A stretch of 46,002 nt of DNA from Candidatus Woesebacteria bacterium UBA5941. GTDB taxonomy: Bacteria > Patescibacteriota > Microgenomatia > UBA8517. Each line of letters starts with the position of its first letter. Positions within the stretch are counted from its first letter, which is position 1. Under the pieces are notes generated by a model. The model saw only the letters and a list, made by a program, of their open reading frames with translations, was not told the origin of the DNA and ran no database searches. Position numbers and translations under genes: made by a program. Where the stretch lies: NCBI GenBank assembly GCA_002430735.1, contig DJCV01000005.1, positions 1-46,002 of the forward strand, read 5' to 3'. This document shows positions 1 through 10,711 of the stretch, piece after piece.

Positions 1-78
1 GTTACATCTCGTGAAGAACAGGCTAAATATAAAAAAAATTTCCAGAAAATACTTTCTAGTTTTGAACTTTTAAAGTAA
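1..78 (+). CDS. 3' end of a gene entering the window; PsbP-like surface protein C-terminus
   Basis: Frame 1 reads VTSREEQAKYKKNFQKILSSFELLK*, resembling the FxxILSSF ending of PsbP-related proteins; an inverted repeat follows at about 79-115. Confidence 0.45.
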   Translation, partial: VTSREEQAKYKKNFQKILSSFELLK

Positions 79-154
79 CAATCTTTTTAAGTACCAAGTA
101 GTTACAAAAGATTGAATTTCTATGTAACCCTTATTCGAAATCTGCATTTATTAC

Positions 155-184
155 AAAAAACTCTCCACCACAACGGGTGAAGAG
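155..184 (-). terminator. Intrinsic terminator of the 194..586 ORF
   Basis: CTCTCCACC/GGTGAAGAG imperfect stem next to A6 (U6 on the minus strand). Confidence 0.55.
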
Positions 185-193
185 GTGCTTCAT

Positions 194-586
194 TTAGGTC
201 CAGCCAGACATTATTAGATCAATTGCTTCGATATTGGTTACTAGCCAGTTTCTTTCTTGCACGAGTTCTGGGCCTCCGAATAATATAATCGCTGTCTCAT
301 TGTTCGATGCTAATGTTTGAGCGGCACTCACACCATAGTACACGACGTTTTCATGTATCCGCTGTTTTAGGCCATGGCGAATATCATCGAGGATCGGCGG
401 TGCTTGCTCTTTGAGATCGACGAACAGTTGTACCCTAGCTCGCGCTGCCTTGTGGAGCGGTGATGCATCCATTAGGGACATCGCCTCTGCTGTTGCTATA
501 TTGCATTGATAAGTGGCCTGATTATACTTTTCCCTGGTTTCATGCAACACATCCCGAAGCTTCGCAAGTGCCTCATTTTCAGACAT
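194..586 (-). CDS. Hypothetical helical protein (130 aa)
   Basis: ORF with GAGGT SD, its own TTGATA-17-TATCCT promoter (650..622) and a terminator. Confidence 0.7.
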   Translation of the reverse strand: MSENEALAKLRDVLHETREKYNQATYQCNIATAEAMSLMDASPLHKAARARVQLFVDLKEQAPPILDDIRHGLKQRIHENVVYYGVSAAQTLASNNETAIILFGGPELVQERNWLVTNIEAIDLIMSGWT

Positions 587-664
587 GACAGTTACCTCGT
601 AACTAGAATGAACAGTAGAGAAGGATACAAAGATTAATTCGAATTATCAACCTATAGCGCTAAT

Positions 665-1351
665 TTAGCGTGGGATTTGAAGAACGTTTCCTGCGTGAAT
701 AACGCCAGGATGGGAAAGCTTGTTTGCCTTTGCAATTTCTGACCACTTATATCCATTTCCATATGCTCGTACTGCGATTGTCCAAAGGCTATCTCCTTTT
801 GAAACGGTATATTCTGAGCCGCTGATTGGGTTTTGTGTTGAAACAGTTTCTCCAGTTGGAAGACCACCCTTTGTAGTCGTTGTAGGTGCTGGTGTGATTG
901 TTGCGGCTGGGGTAGCAGATGCTACGACTGTAGCCTTAGGTGTTGCTGACACTTCTGGAGTTGCAGATGTTGTAGCAACTGGAGTTGCGTTCGCAATAGT
1001 CATCGTTTTAGCTTCTACGTCAGGAATTATTAATTCTTGTCCATTAGTAATAACTGAAGCATTCGTTAAGTTGTTTTCCTTTTGAATATCAATCCAGTTA
1101 TATCCAGATTTGTAGTATTTCTCAGCAATTGACCAAAGCGTCTCACCGGCGACAACGGTGTGCTTTGTAGGAAGTTTTACAGTTGAGTCTGCTGTTGTTG
1201 TAGTCCCAGTTTGAAGTGTTGTACCAGAATCAATGTTTCTGAAATAGTTAACGACTAAGAATCCAACAATTACAACAACTGCTGCACCAAGCAACATGCT
1301 GATGTTGTTTTCATTTAACTTAACGTTTTTAAGAACTTTTTTGAGATCCAT
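665..1351 (-). CDS. Membrane-anchored protein with two LysM domains
   Basis: N-terminal TM; LysM motifs HTVVAGETLWSIAEKYY and YTVSKGDSLWTIAVRAYG separated by a Thr/Ala/Pro linker. Confidence 0.92.
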   Translation of the reverse strand: MDLKKVLKNVKLNENNISMLLGAAVVVIVGFLVVNYFRNIDSGTTLQTGTTTTADSTVKLPTKHTVVAGETLWSIAEKYYKSGYNWIDIQKENNLTNASVITNGQELIIPDVEAKTMTIANATPVATTSATPEVSATPKATVVASATPAATITPAPTTTTKGGLPTGETVSTQNPISGSEYTVSKGDSLWTIAVRAYGNGYKWSEIAKANKLSHPGVIHAGNVLQIPR

Positions 1352-1507
1352 GTTTATTTAATCAAACCTGCGCTTTCATTAAATGAATCGCGTAGTTTCT
1401 GCTAGGTCTGAATTTAGAGTACGCACAATTTATTGTCAAGGCCTTAAAATGAATTTTGAATATTTGAATAGAAGAATTGCTCAGAACGGAGATTATATTT
1501 CAATACT

Positions 1508-1584
1508 TGGCGGGGCCGACCGGATTCGAACCGGCGATTTCTTCCGTGACAGGGAAGTGTCATAAACCACTAGACCACGGCCCC
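1508..1584 (-). tRNA. tRNA-Asp(GTC)
   Basis: Reverse complement GGGGCCGTGGTCTAGTGG...CTTCC-CTGTCAC-GGAAG...GGTTCGAATCC...GGCCCCG-CCA forms a cloverleaf with encoded CCA. Confidence 0.97.
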
Positions 1585-1680
1585 AAGCAAGATATTCTAC
1601 TATATTTCGCGGTAGTTTTCTACTTGTTTAATTGAAACACGGATTAAAAGTGAGTGGCTCGGGTAATGTATAATTTTGGA

Positions 1681-3492
1681 ATGGTTACACACTTCACAAA
1701 TATGGAGGTCGCTGAAATGCTTCGCGATATAGCTGCTGCATATCAAATTTTAGGCGAGGATAAATATCGATTCCAAGCAATTGCATACCAAAGAGCGGCT
1801 GATGGGATTGAGAAATTAAGCTCAGAAGTCAAAGATTATTACGATGACGGAAAGCTTGATGAAATTCCAGGAATTGGAAAAAGTTTAGCTCTTCACCTCA
1901 AAGAACTATTTGAAACAGGGAAGTCCACCCACTTTGACGAATTGCTTTCAAAGCTTCCCAAGTCTGTATTTGAATTAATGAAAGTTCCAGGTATCGGTCC
2001 GAAGAAAGCGTATCGTTTGTCGACTGAATTTACCTTGAACCAGAAAAAGCCATTGGATGATGTACTAAAACTTGCCTCACAAGGGAAAATTGCAGAGCTT
2101 GAAGGGTTCGGAGAAGAATCACAGCGGGATATTGTTGAGGCAATAAACGAATATAAAGTGAAGCCTCCTGAACGGGTACTGCTTGATACTGCAACTGAGA
2201 TTGCTCAGAAGATGACTGAATGGTTATCTGTGGTGCCCGGTGTCTTAAAAGTTGATCCGTTAGGAAGTCTTCGTCGGAAAGCCTCAACAGTTGGAGACAT
2301 TGATATGTCAGTCTCATCTCATGAATCAAAACCCGTATTTGATCGGCTCGTTGAATATCCAGGTATTGTACGTGTTATTGAGCGAGGAGACCGAAGCTGT
2401 TCAGTCCTGCTTCCTGGTGGGGTGCAGCTCGATGTTATGGTGCAACCTCCTGAAGCGTATGGATCCCTTCTGCAGCACTTTACGGGAAGTAAGCACCACA
2501 ATGTCGCTTTGCGAGAACTTGCTCTTAAAAAAGGACTGAGCCTGTCTGAGTACGGTATTAAAACCAAGAACAAAGACCTTCATTTTGATAGCTACAACGA
2601 AGAACTCGGTATTTACCAATACAAAACTGAAAAATCGTTTTATAAAGCGTTAGGACTTGAATGGGTTCCCCCTGAATTGAGAGAAGATTTAGGAGAAATA
2701 CAAAAAGCTAAAGAAAATGGTATCCCAAATCTTGTTGAGCTTGATGACATGAAGGGCGATTTTCATATTCATTCAGATTTTGATATAGAAACAAGCCATG
2801 ACCTTGGTTCAAGCTCCATGAAAGAGTACGCGGAAGCCGCAATGAAAATGGGATACGAATATATTGCGTTTAGTGAACATAATCCGAGTCAAAAAGGACA
2901 CACAGAAAAGCGCATGGCAGACTTGTTGTTACGGAAGCGTGATGCCATTGCCAAGCTCAACTTCGATCTCGTGAAAAGTGTGAAAACAAGAACATTTAAA
3001 GTGTTCAATTCTCTTGAAGTAGATATTCTGCCAAGTGGGAGATTAGCAATTAGTGAAAATGCGTTGGAAATTTTAGATTTTGCATTGGTTTCAATCCACA
3101 GTAGTTTTAAACAAGATAAAAAAAGTATTACTAAACGAGTCATTGAAGCTTTGTCTTACCCAAATGTTAAAGTGTTTGCCCATCCTACGGCAAGACTGCT
3201 AAATAAAAGGGAAGGGACTAACCTCGATTGGGATCAAATTTTTGATTTTTGTGTCAAAAATGATCGGTGGATTGAAATAAATTCTGATCCGCATCGACTC
3301 GATCTCCCAGATGTTCTGGTCAAAGACGCTGTGAAACACGGCGTGAAAATAACAATAGACACAGATTCTCACAGCGTGGATGGACTTACTAACATGAAGT
3401 ATGGAGTTTGGGTTGCACGACGCGGGTGGGCTACAAAAGAAAACATTGTAAACACACGCTCGCTCAAGGAGTTTGAGAAAATGCTTCGATAG
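1681..3492 (+). CDS. polX: DNA polymerase X with C-terminal PHP domain
   Basis: HhH motifs IPGIG/VPGIG, GSLRR, GDID catalytic motif, HFTGSK; PHP motifs DFHIHS, SIHS, AHPT, DSH; start set at the ATG 6 nt after TATAAT. Confidence 0.95.
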   Translation: MVTHFTNMEVAEMLRDIAAAYQILGEDKYRFQAIAYQRAADGIEKLSSEVKDYYDDGKLDEIPGIGKSLALHLKELFETGKSTHFDELLSKLPKSVFELMKVPGIGPKKAYRLSTEFTLNQKKPLDDVLKLASQGKIAELEGFGEESQRDIVEAINEYKVKPPERVLLDTATEIAQKMTEWLSVVPGVLKVDPLGSLRRKASTVGDIDMSVSSHESKPVFDRLVEYPGIVRVIERGDRSCSVLLPGGVQLDVMVQPPEAYGSLLQHFTGSKHHNVALRELALKKGLSLSEYGIKTKNKDLHFDSYNEELGIYQYKTEKSFYKALGLEWVPPELREDLGEIQKAKENGIPNLVELDDMKGDFHIHSDFDIETSHDLGSSSMKEYAEAAMKMGYEYIAFSEHNPSQKGHTEKRMADLLLRKRDAIAKLNFDLVKSVKTRTFKVFNSLEVDILPSGRLAISENALEILDFALVSIHSSFKQDKKSITKRVIEALSYPNVKVFAHPTARLLNKREGTNLDWDQIFDFCVKNDRWIEINSDPHRLDLPDVLVKDAVKHGVKITIDTDSHSVDGLTNMKYGVWVARRGWATKENIVNTRSLKEFEKMLR

Positions 3493-3531
3493 ACAGCTCA
3501 TGCTATTATAAATCTCGATGGAGGTGATTTT

Positions 3532-4116
3532 ATGCCAATAATTTTATTAGGAATTGTAGCCGTGATTGTGATTTACGTAATTACGACTTACAACTTTTTC
3601 GCTTCAAGCAAAGCACGTGTTGCCGCTGCTATTCAGGAGATCGGAAATCAATTAAAGCGTCAGGCTGACCTGATTCCAAATCTCGAAGCTGCTGCAAAAG
3701 GATATTTGAAGCACGAAAAAGATATTTTTAAGATGCTTACTGAAGCTCGAAAGGAAGTTGATTCAGCAGTAAAATCCGGAAACGTCGAGAAAATGGCTCG
3801 CGCTGGAAGTACTGTTGCGAATTTAGTTCCGCAGCTTCAAATTGCAATTGAAGATAATCCTGAAATCAAAGGTGCTGAAGTTGTCCGCCCACTCATGGAC
3901 GAATTGAGAGATACGGCTGATAAAGTCATGTATTCTCGTCGTTTATTGATTGATTTAACTGCGGATTACAACGTTAAGCGCGTGAGTGTTCCATCGAGTC
4001 TTATTGCGAATATGTTTGGATTTACAGAACTGAAAGGACTTGATCTCGAAGAATCTGAAAGTGCAACAAAAGTAACACGAGACGAGATGAAAACTCCAAA
4101 GGTTAACTTAGATTAA
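3532..4116 (+). CDS. lemA: LemA family protein
   Basis: N-terminal TM, YN, QLKRQADLIPNL, EDNPEIK, P..LIA.MFGF; GGAGGT SD. Confidence 0.92.
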   Translation: MPIILLGIVAVIVIYVITTYNFFASSKARVAAAIQEIGNQLKRQADLIPNLEAAAKGYLKHEKDIFKMLTEARKEVDSAVKSGNVEKMARAGSTVANLVPQLQIAIEDNPEIKGAEVVRPLMDELRDTADKVMYSRRLLIDLTADYNVKRVSVPSSLIANMFGFTELKGLDLEESESATKVTRDEMKTPKVNLD

Positions 4117-4121
4117 GGACT

Positions 4122-5060
4122 ATGCAAAATATCTATGAAGTTCAAGCCGCTAATCGGTGGAAGAGTATTGTTGTGGTGGCTGGATTTTTTATCTTTATCT
4201 CATTAAGTTTGTATGTTATTTCCCACGCTATGGGCATCTATTTGGGATATAGCCCTGGTGGTTTAGGAAGCGTGGGAATTGCTTTAATCATTTCAGGAAT
4301 GCTGAGTTTCACTAGTTACTGGTGGAGTGACAAAATTGTTCTCAGTTTAAGTGGTGCCAGAAAGGCAAATCGGAAAGAACATTTTCATTTCTATACTGCA
4401 ACTGAGAACTTGGCTATTGCTGCAGGAATGCCAATGCCTGCGTTGTATGTCATAGATGACACTGCACCCAATGCTTTCGCTACAGGCCGAGACCCAGAGC
4501 ACGCAGCGGTTTGTGCAACCACAGGGCTTATTCAGATGCTCAACAGAACTGAGCTTGAAGGGGTGATTGCGCACGAGCTCACGCATATTAAAAACTACGA
4601 CACACGACTCATGTCCGTTGTCTCCATTATGGTTGGATCACTTGCTTTACTCGCAGACTGGTTACTTCGAATTACCTGGTGGGGTGGCGGGCGAAAAAGC
4701 GATGATGACAATAAAGGAGGGCAGTTGGGAGCAATAATCTTAGTATTGGGAATTATCTTCGCGATCTTATCTCCAATTATTGCCCAGCTTATTCAACTTG
4801 CGATTTCCAGGCGACGTGAATTCTCCGCAGATGCAGGAGCAGTGGCTATCACGCGTCAACCAAGTGGGCTTATGTCGGCGCTGAAGAAAATTGCGGTTGA
4901 CCGCGAACCGCTTGAAGCTGCAAATAAAGCGACAGCACACTTGTACATAGTAAATCCATTTAAAGGAAACGATAAACGGGCGGTCACTTGGTTTGCTGGT
5001 TTATTTAATACCCATCCTCCAGTTGAGCAACGAATCAAGGCGCTTGAAAAAATGGCATAA
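4122..5060 (+). CDS. htpX: HtpX family M48 zinc metalloprotease
   Basis: PNAFATG, HELTH zinc motif, SRRRE..AD, THPP; follows lemA. Confidence 0.95.
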   Translation: MQNIYEVQAANRWKSIVVVAGFFIFISLSLYVISHAMGIYLGYSPGGLGSVGIALIISGMLSFTSYWWSDKIVLSLSGARKANRKEHFHFYTATENLAIAAGMPMPALYVIDDTAPNAFATGRDPEHAAVCATTGLIQMLNRTELEGVIAHELTHIKNYDTRLMSVVSIMVGSLALLADWLLRITWWGGGRKSDDDNKGGQLGAIILVLGIIFAILSPIIAQLIQLAISRRREFSADAGAVAITRQPSGLMSALKKIAVDREPLEAANKATAHLYIVNPFKGNDKRAVTWFAGLFNTHPPVEQRIKALEKMA

Positions 5061-5086
5061 AAAAAGGGCAGATGTTACTCTGCCCC
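5059..5086. terminator. Terminator between convergent htpX and 5098..5409
   Basis: GGGCAGA/TCTGCCC stem with an A-run on the left. Confidence 0.7.
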
Positions 5087-5097
5087 GCGGACGGAAC

Positions 5098-5409
5098 TTA
5101 GGGTGCCGGAATGATCTTCACCAGAACGGTACTGGTGTCACCACCAGAATCGCGGCCTGACGTTGCAGCGGTCATAAGAATGGTAGGTGACGGTGCGTGA
5201 CCGAGGCTCGGATGTTGGAATGGGATTTCAAGAACCCCATTCTGGGGGATTTCGTAAGGCCCTATTACACCATTTGCCAATAGGCTCGTCACAATTTCGC
5301 TGGTGATAGTCCATGAAATCACGAACCGATCACCTTGCCTTCCCGATGCAGTCACAGTATACGCATTACCTCTTACAACTTCTTCTGGTGCAGTAATCTT
5401 AACGGGCAT
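5098..5409 (-). CDS. Hypothetical beta-rich protein (103 aa)
   Basis: AAGGAG SD, own TTGATA-17-TATAAT promoter, terminator. Confidence 0.7.
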   Translation of the reverse strand: MPVKITAPEEVVRGNAYTVTASGRQGDRFVISWTITSEIVTSLLANGVIGPYEIPQNGVLEIPFQHPSLGHAPSPTILMTAATSGRDSGGDTSTVLVKIIPAP

Positions 5410-5488
5410 GAACTTTACTCCTTAGTTCCAATAGCTGTGGAAGATCCCCACTCTTATATTATAAGATATAAAACACCAACTATCAAGA

Positions 5489-5526
5489 TTGGCACTCTTG
5501 ACAAGTGACTGCTAAGGTGCGATTAT
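5489..5526 (+). promoter_or_regulatory. CIRCE (HrcA operator) overlapping the clpB promoter
   Basis: TTGGCACTC-N9-GACTGCTAA (5489-5515) versus consensus TTAGCACTC-N9-GAGTGCTAA; -35 TTGACA 5498-5503, 17 bp, -10 GATTAT 5521-5526. Confidence 0.88.
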
Positions 5527-5532
5527 TTATGT

Positions 5533-7707
5533 ATGAACCAGGACGGTAACACACCACGAATCATAATCGACACTCCAAAAGAAGAAGGGCCTTTTTTGCC
5601 CAAGTACACGATAAACTTGACCGCAAAAGCCAAAAGCGGAAAGCTCGACCCTGTTATTGGTCGTGATACTGAAGTTCGGCGTGTCATGCAAATTTTGTCA
5701 CGGCGAACGAAGAATAATCCGGTGTTAATTGGAGACCCAGGTGTTGGGAAAACCGCAATTGCGGAAGGATTAGCTCAGCGGATTGTGAGCGGCGACGTTC
5801 CAGAGTCTTTGAAAGATCGTGATTTACTCGTGCTTGATATTGCAACACTGTTGGCTGGTGCAAAGTTTCGCGGTGAGTTTGAAGAACGACTAAAAATGGT
5901 AGTGAAAGAAGTCGAGGAAGCGAGTGGTCAATATATATTGTTTATAGATGAGCTTCATACGCTAGTGGGAGCAGGGGGAGCCGAAGGCGCGATTGATGCA
6001 GCGAATATGTTAAAGCCATCGCTTGCGCGCGGTACTCTTCGCGTTATCGGTGCAACTACAATTGACGAGTATCGTAAATATATCGAAAAAGATGCGGCTC
6101 TTGAGCGTCGTTTTCAGCCCGTGCATGTTGGAGAACCTTCAATAGAAGACACCATTGCCATTCTTCGTGGTATTAAGGAAAAGTATGAGCTCCACCACGG
6201 AATTCGCATTACGGATGATGCGGTCGTTGCTGCAGCAAAACTATCCAGTAGATACATTCCTGATCGATTTCTTCCTGACAAAGCAATTGATTTAGTGGAT
6301 GAAGCCACCTCAGCTTTAAAGATTGAAACAGATAGTATGCCGATTGAGCTCGATATAAAAAAGCGAAAAATAACCCAGCTGGAAATTGAATTTACGGCCT
6401 TAAAGCGAGAGAAGGGTGGAAATGTCGACCAGCGAAAGCGCGAAATTGAAGAGCGCATTAAAGAATTGAAAGAAGAGTCGAAAGAACTCGATACTATTTG
6501 GCAAAAGCAGAAGGAAATTATTGCCAAAATTCAAAATAACAGAAAGGCTCTTGATGAATTGAAAATTGAACTAGATCGAGCTGAGCGGGAAGTAGACTTA
6601 AACAAAGCTGCTGAGCTGAAGTATGGGAAAATTCCGGCAATTCAGGAGTCACTTAAAACCGCTGAGCTTGAATGGCAGTCTCTACCGAAAGAAAAGCGTC
6701 TTCTGAGAGAAGAAGTAACCGATGAAGATATCGCAGCAGTCGTTGCTCGATGGACAGGCATTCCTGTCACTAAATTGCTTTCAACTGAAACTGAGAAGCT
6801 CCTGCACTTAGAGAAAGAACTGGAGAAGCGGGTTATTGGGCAGGAAGAAGGATTGTCGGCTGTTGCTCGCGCGATACGCAGAAGCCGAGCTGGGCTTTCG
6901 ATGCAAAAAGGTCCGATTGGAAGCTTTTTGTTTTTAGGACCAACTGGTGTCGGAAAAACTGAAACCGCTAAAGCTTTGGCCGAATATTTAATGGCAAGCG
7001 AAGAAAACTTAATCAGAATTGATATGAGCGAATATCGTGAAGAGCATGCCATGGCACGTTTAATCGGAGCACCACCGGGGTATGTTGGCTATGAAGATGG
7101 AGGTCAATTAACTGAAGCAGTGAGACGGAAACCATATTCGGTCGTACTACTTGATGAGATTGAAAAAGCACATCCAACAATATTTAATCTCTTGCTTCAA
7201 GTGCTCGACGATGGTCGTTTGACTGATGGGAAAGGCCGTGTCGTGAATTTCAAAAACACCGTGATTATCATGACCAGTAATTTAGGAAGCGACATTATCA
7301 GAGAAAATGCGCACAAGAAAAATAACTCGGTCAAAGAAATGATAGATGCGCTTGTCGCAAAAACCTTTAAGCCAGAGTTTATTAATCGACTTGATTCTGT
7401 AGTAATTTATAAACCGTTAACGGTGAAAGATATGGACCGGATTGTTGATATTCGTCTGTCTGAAGCTCAGAAAGCACTTTCAGAGCAACAGATTAGTTTG
7501 AAGTTAACGGATGCTGCTCGAGAATATTTGGCTCAGAAAGGATATGATCCCGTGTTTGGTGCACGACCTCTGAAGCGCGTGATTGAAACAGAACTCTTAG
7601 ACGAAATTGCAGTAATGCTTCTTGAGCATAAAATTGCACCAAACGATGAAGTGAAAGTCGACGTTCAAAATAATAAATTAAAAATAGAACCTCGGTTACT
7701 CAACTAA
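5533..7707 (+). CDS. clpB: ClpB disaggregase lacking the N-terminal Clp domain
   Basis: [18 protein letters not shown], coiled-coil M domain (AAELKYG), second [26 protein letters not shown]. Confidence 0.95.
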   Translation: MNQDGNTPRIIIDTPKEEGPFLPKYTINLTAKAKSGKLDPVIGRDTEVRRVMQILSRRTKNNPVLIGDPGVGKTAIAEGLAQRIVSGDVPESLKDRDLLVLDIATLLAGAKFRGEFEERLKMVVKEVEEASGQYILFIDELHTLVGAGGAEGAIDAANMLKPSLARGTLRVIGATTIDEYRKYIEKDAALERRFQPVHVGEPSIEDTIAILRGIKEKYELHHGIRITDDAVVAAAKLSSRYIPDRFLPDKAIDLVDEATSALKIETDSMPIELDIKKRKITQLEIEFTALKREKGGNVDQRKREIEERIKELKEESKELDTIWQKQKEIIAKIQNNRKALDELKIELDRAEREVDLNKAAELKYGKIPAIQESLKTAELEWQSLPKEKRLLREEVTDEDIAAVVARWTGIPVTKLLSTETEKLLHLEKELEKRVIGQEEGLSAVARAIRRSRAGLSMQKGPIGSFLFLGPTGVGKTETAKALAEYLMASEENLIRIDMSEYREEHAMARLIGAPPGYVGYEDGGQLTEAVRRKPYSVVLLDEIEKAHPTIFNLLLQVLDDGRLTDGKGRVVNFKNTVIIMTSNLGSDIIRENAHKKNNSVKEMIDALVAKTFKPEFINRLDSVVIYKPLTVKDMDRIVDIRLSEAQKALSEQQISLKLTDAAREYLAQKGYDPVFGARPLKRVIETELLDEIAVMLLEHKIAPNDEVKVDVQNNKLKIEPRLLN

Positions 7708-7755
7708 GGTTGTATGAATCTTGTAAGAGTTAGTGCTTCACGCTAAGATATGCAC

Positions 7756-8058
7756 ATGTCGCTTACTCACGACGAGACGGTGCATATCGCAAAACTTGCA
7801 AAACTTCCCCTCACTTCAGAAGAAGTAGATCATTATGCTGAGCAATTATCCCCGATTGTAGATTACTTTAATGAATTAAGCGAAGTAGATGTTGATGGCG
7901 TTGAAGGAACAAGTCAGACAACAGGACTTATTGACGTGTTACGCCCTGACGAGGTTGATGACACGCGCTACATTCCAAACGAAGAAGCGCTCGGACAAGC
8001 AAAGATCACCCACAACGGATATTTCTCAGTACCTCCCATTTTAAGTAAGGATAACTAA
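7756..8058 (+). CDS. gatC: Asp/Glu-tRNA amidotransferase subunit C
   Basis: VHIAKLAKL, LRPD, GYFSVPPI; directly upstream of gatA. Confidence 0.93.
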   Translation: MSLTHDETVHIAKLAKLPLTSEEVDHYAEQLSPIVDYFNELSEVDVDGVEGTSQTTGLIDVLRPDEVDDTRYIPNEEALGQAKITHNGYFSVPPILSKDN

Positions 8059-8063
8059 GACTT

Positions 8064-9464
8064 ATGCCAATTCTTACCATTACCGAACTCCATGAAAAAC
8101 TAAAAGCCGGGACAGTGACCTGTGTTCAAATGGTTGAGCATTATCTTTCTCGCATAAAAGCACAAAATGAATCATTAAACGCATTTATCACCATTTCTGA
8201 AGAATACGCATATGAGAAAGCGAAAGCATACGATCGCATTATTGCTGACAATCCGAATGCATTTAGCGAGTTTCCATTAATCGGTGTTGTTGTGTCCATT
8301 AAAGATCTGTATTTAACCCGAGGGATTCGAACGACCGCTGCTTCAAACGTTCTGTCAGATTTTATTCCTCAATATTCAGCTACTGTGGTACAGCGGCTTG
8401 AGCATGCAGGGGCAATTGTTATTGGAAAGACAAATTGTGATGCTTGGGCGCATGGCGCGAGCGGAGAAAATTCAGATTTCGGTGCATCAAGAAACCCTTG
8501 GAACACAGAATATGTTCCTGGTGGTTCATCTAGTGGGTCAGCAATCGCAGTCGCAAGTGATATGTCACTTGTTGCAATGGGAACTGACACAGGAGGTTCG
8601 ATTAGACAGCCCGCAAGTTTTACGAATCTTGTCGGTTTAAAACCAACCTATGGTGCAGTTCCTCGATATGGAGTAATTGCAATGGCTAGTTCGCTCGATT
8701 CTATGGGTCATTTCACTCACACTGTAGAAGATAGTGAAACATTGTTCTCGGTGACCCGCGGGATAGACGAGCGCGACTCTACGGTGAAAAACGTGACATA
8801 TGAACCTTTTGATACTTCTAAAACAATAAAAATTGGCATTCCCAAGGAATATTTCTCTGAAGGACTTGATCCCGAAGTTGAAAAAGTTGTGAGAGCTGCT
8901 GCAGAAGTATTTAAAAAAATGGGTATCGAACTGGTGGATATTTCACTTCCTCATACAAAGTATGCAATTTCTGTCTATTACATCGTCCAGCCTGCAGAAG
9001 TGTCGTCTAATCTTGGTCGATATGACGGTGTGCGATACGGAAATGGTCGGGAGTGTTTTGGGGCAGAAGCGAAGCGCCGGATAATGCTTGGAACGTATGT
9101 CTTATCCAGTGGATATTATGATGCCTACTATGGAAAGGCCATGAAAGTGAGAAGTCGGATTATTACTGACTTTAAAGAAGCATTTTCATCTGTTGATGCG
9201 ATACTCGCCCCTGTCTCGCCTACAACCGCGTTTAAATTAGGGCAGAAGGCAAATGATCCGCTCCAGATGTATCTTGCTGATATCTACACTGTTGCTGCAA
9301 ACTTAGCAGGTATCCCAGGGCTTGCTATACCCGGAGGCTTTGCATCAAACGGACTTCCTATCGGATTTCAATTATTAGGGAACCACTTTAGCGAATCTAT
9401 CCTTTTTGAACTGGGGAAACGATATCAAAAGGTAACTGATTGGCATACAAAGCAACCGAAATGA
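8064..9464 (+). CDS. gatA: Asp/Glu-tRNA amidotransferase subunit A
   Basis: Amidase signature PGGSSSGS, GTDTGGSIRQPA, RRIMLGTYVLSSGYYDAYY. Confidence 0.97.
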   Translation: MPILTITELHEKLKAGTVTCVQMVEHYLSRIKAQNESLNAFITISEEYAYEKAKAYDRIIADNPNAFSEFPLIGVVVSIKDLYLTRGIRTTAASNVLSDFIPQYSATVVQRLEHAGAIVIGKTNCDAWAHGASGENSDFGASRNPWNTEYVPGGSSSGSAIAVASDMSLVAMGTDTGGSIRQPASFTNLVGLKPTYGAVPRYGVIAMASSLDSMGHFTHTVEDSETLFSVTRGIDERDSTVKNVTYEPFDTSKTIKIGIPKEYFSEGLDPEVEKVVRAAAEVFKKMGIELVDISLPHTKYAISVYYIVQPAEVSSNLGRYDGVRYGNGRECFGAEAKRRIMLGTYVLSSGYYDAYYGKAMKVRSRIITDFKEAFSSVDAILAPVSPTTAFKLGQKANDPLQMYLADIYTVAANLAGIPGLAIPGGFASNGLPIGFQLLGNHFSESILFELGKRYQKVTDWHTKQPK

Positions 9465-10711
9465 GGAAACTACTAAAGAACAGAAACTTTCTTATTCTCT
9501 GGCAATCTCAGATTTCTAGCCTTCTCACGATTAATGTTCTAAACTTTTTAGTCATCGTTCGCATCTTTGAACAAACAAACTCTTCAATCGCATCATCCTT
9601 TATCTGGGTTGCGTACTCAATTCCAGCAATCATCGTTGGACCGTTTGCAGCAGCAGCCGTAGATATTGTGGATCGTCGAAAGCTTGTCGTTGCGGGGAAC
9701 TTATTCCAAGCGGTTATCGTCTTGCTCTATTCATTCTTGTATCAGGAGTATTTATTCCTATCCTACGGGGTCATTGCACTATACTCCTTGGTAGATCAAT
9801 TGTACGTGCCCGCTGAAATGGCTATTTTAACGAAAACAGTTTCAAAGGATGACCTGGTCACCGCAAATAGTATCTTCTTTATCTCTCAGCAGACAACAAC
9901 TATTCTGGCGTTTGGATTAGCAGGGCTTGCAAATGAAATATTAGGATTTCAGATAACAGCAATTATAGCTTCAATATTCTTGTTTTCAGCCTTTGCAGGA
10001 ACGCTCTTTTTGCCAAAACAACCAGTTGTGCACTTAAAAGTCTCAGGAACGATGGAAGACAAATTAATGGAGTTTTTGCTGCATATGAAAGATGGATTTC
10101 ATTTTATTCGACATACAAATGTTATTCTCTATCCGTTTTTTTTCTTGGTATGGCTCCAAGTTTCCATGTCAATCTTAGTGGTAAATCTTCCTGCAATTGC
10201 TACAGAGATTGTGATGACAAAACCGGCACTTGCTGGTCCACTTGTTGTAATCCCAGCGGGTGCTGGCGCAGTTATTGGAACCCTTTTGGTGACTAAATTG
10301 GTCCAAAAGCGATTTAGAAAGAAAGATATTGTTCATACAGGACTTCTTGTCCTTGTCTCTGCGTTCTTTGGAGTATCAATTTTACTTCCCATGATTCCAT
10401 TTTGGATTGGAAGATTTTTACTAGTCGTATTATTCTTTGGTGCAGGTGGCGCGTTTGTTTCAACGCTTGTTCCAACGTTAAGTTTCATGCAAGAAAAAAC
10501 ACCGAAGCATATGGCGGGCCGTGTCTTTGGTAATTTCTGGTTTATCACAAATGCACTGACTGTCTTACCGGTTATCTTTTCTGCGACATTAACTGAGGTT
10601 TTGGGAGCCCGGCTCATGTTATTAAGTCTTGGATTCGCGACACTCTGCGCATTCCTTATCTCAAATTATTATGTGAGCAGAAAAAAGTTACTCTCTATAT
10701 CTACTATATGA
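9461..10711 (+). CDS. MFS transporter (about 12 TM, DHA3/H+ antiporter-like)
   Basis: LLKNRNFLILW, motif-A-like AVDIVDRRK, QEKTPKHMAGRVFG; ATGA overlaps with both gatA and gatB. Confidence 0.88.
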   Translation: MRKLLKNRNFLILWQSQISSLLTINVLNFLVIVRIFEQTNSSIASSFIWVAYSIPAIIVGPFAAAAVDIVDRRKLVVAGNLFQAVIVLLYSFLYQEYLFLSYGVIALYSLVDQLYVPAEMAILTKTVSKDDLVTANSIFFISQQTTTILAFGLAGLANEILGFQITAIIASIFLFSAFAGTLFLPKQPVVHLKVSGTMEDKLMEFLLHMKDGFHFIRHTNVILYPFFFLVWLQVSMSILVVNLPAIATEIVMTKPALAGPLVVIPAGAGAVIGTLLVTKLVQKRFRKKDIVHTGLLVLVSAFFGVSILLPMIPFWIGRFLLVVLFFGAGGAFVSTLVPTLSFMQEKTPKHMAGRVFGNFWFITNALTVLPVIFSATLTEVLGARLMLLSLGFATLCAFLISNYYVSRKKLLSISTI

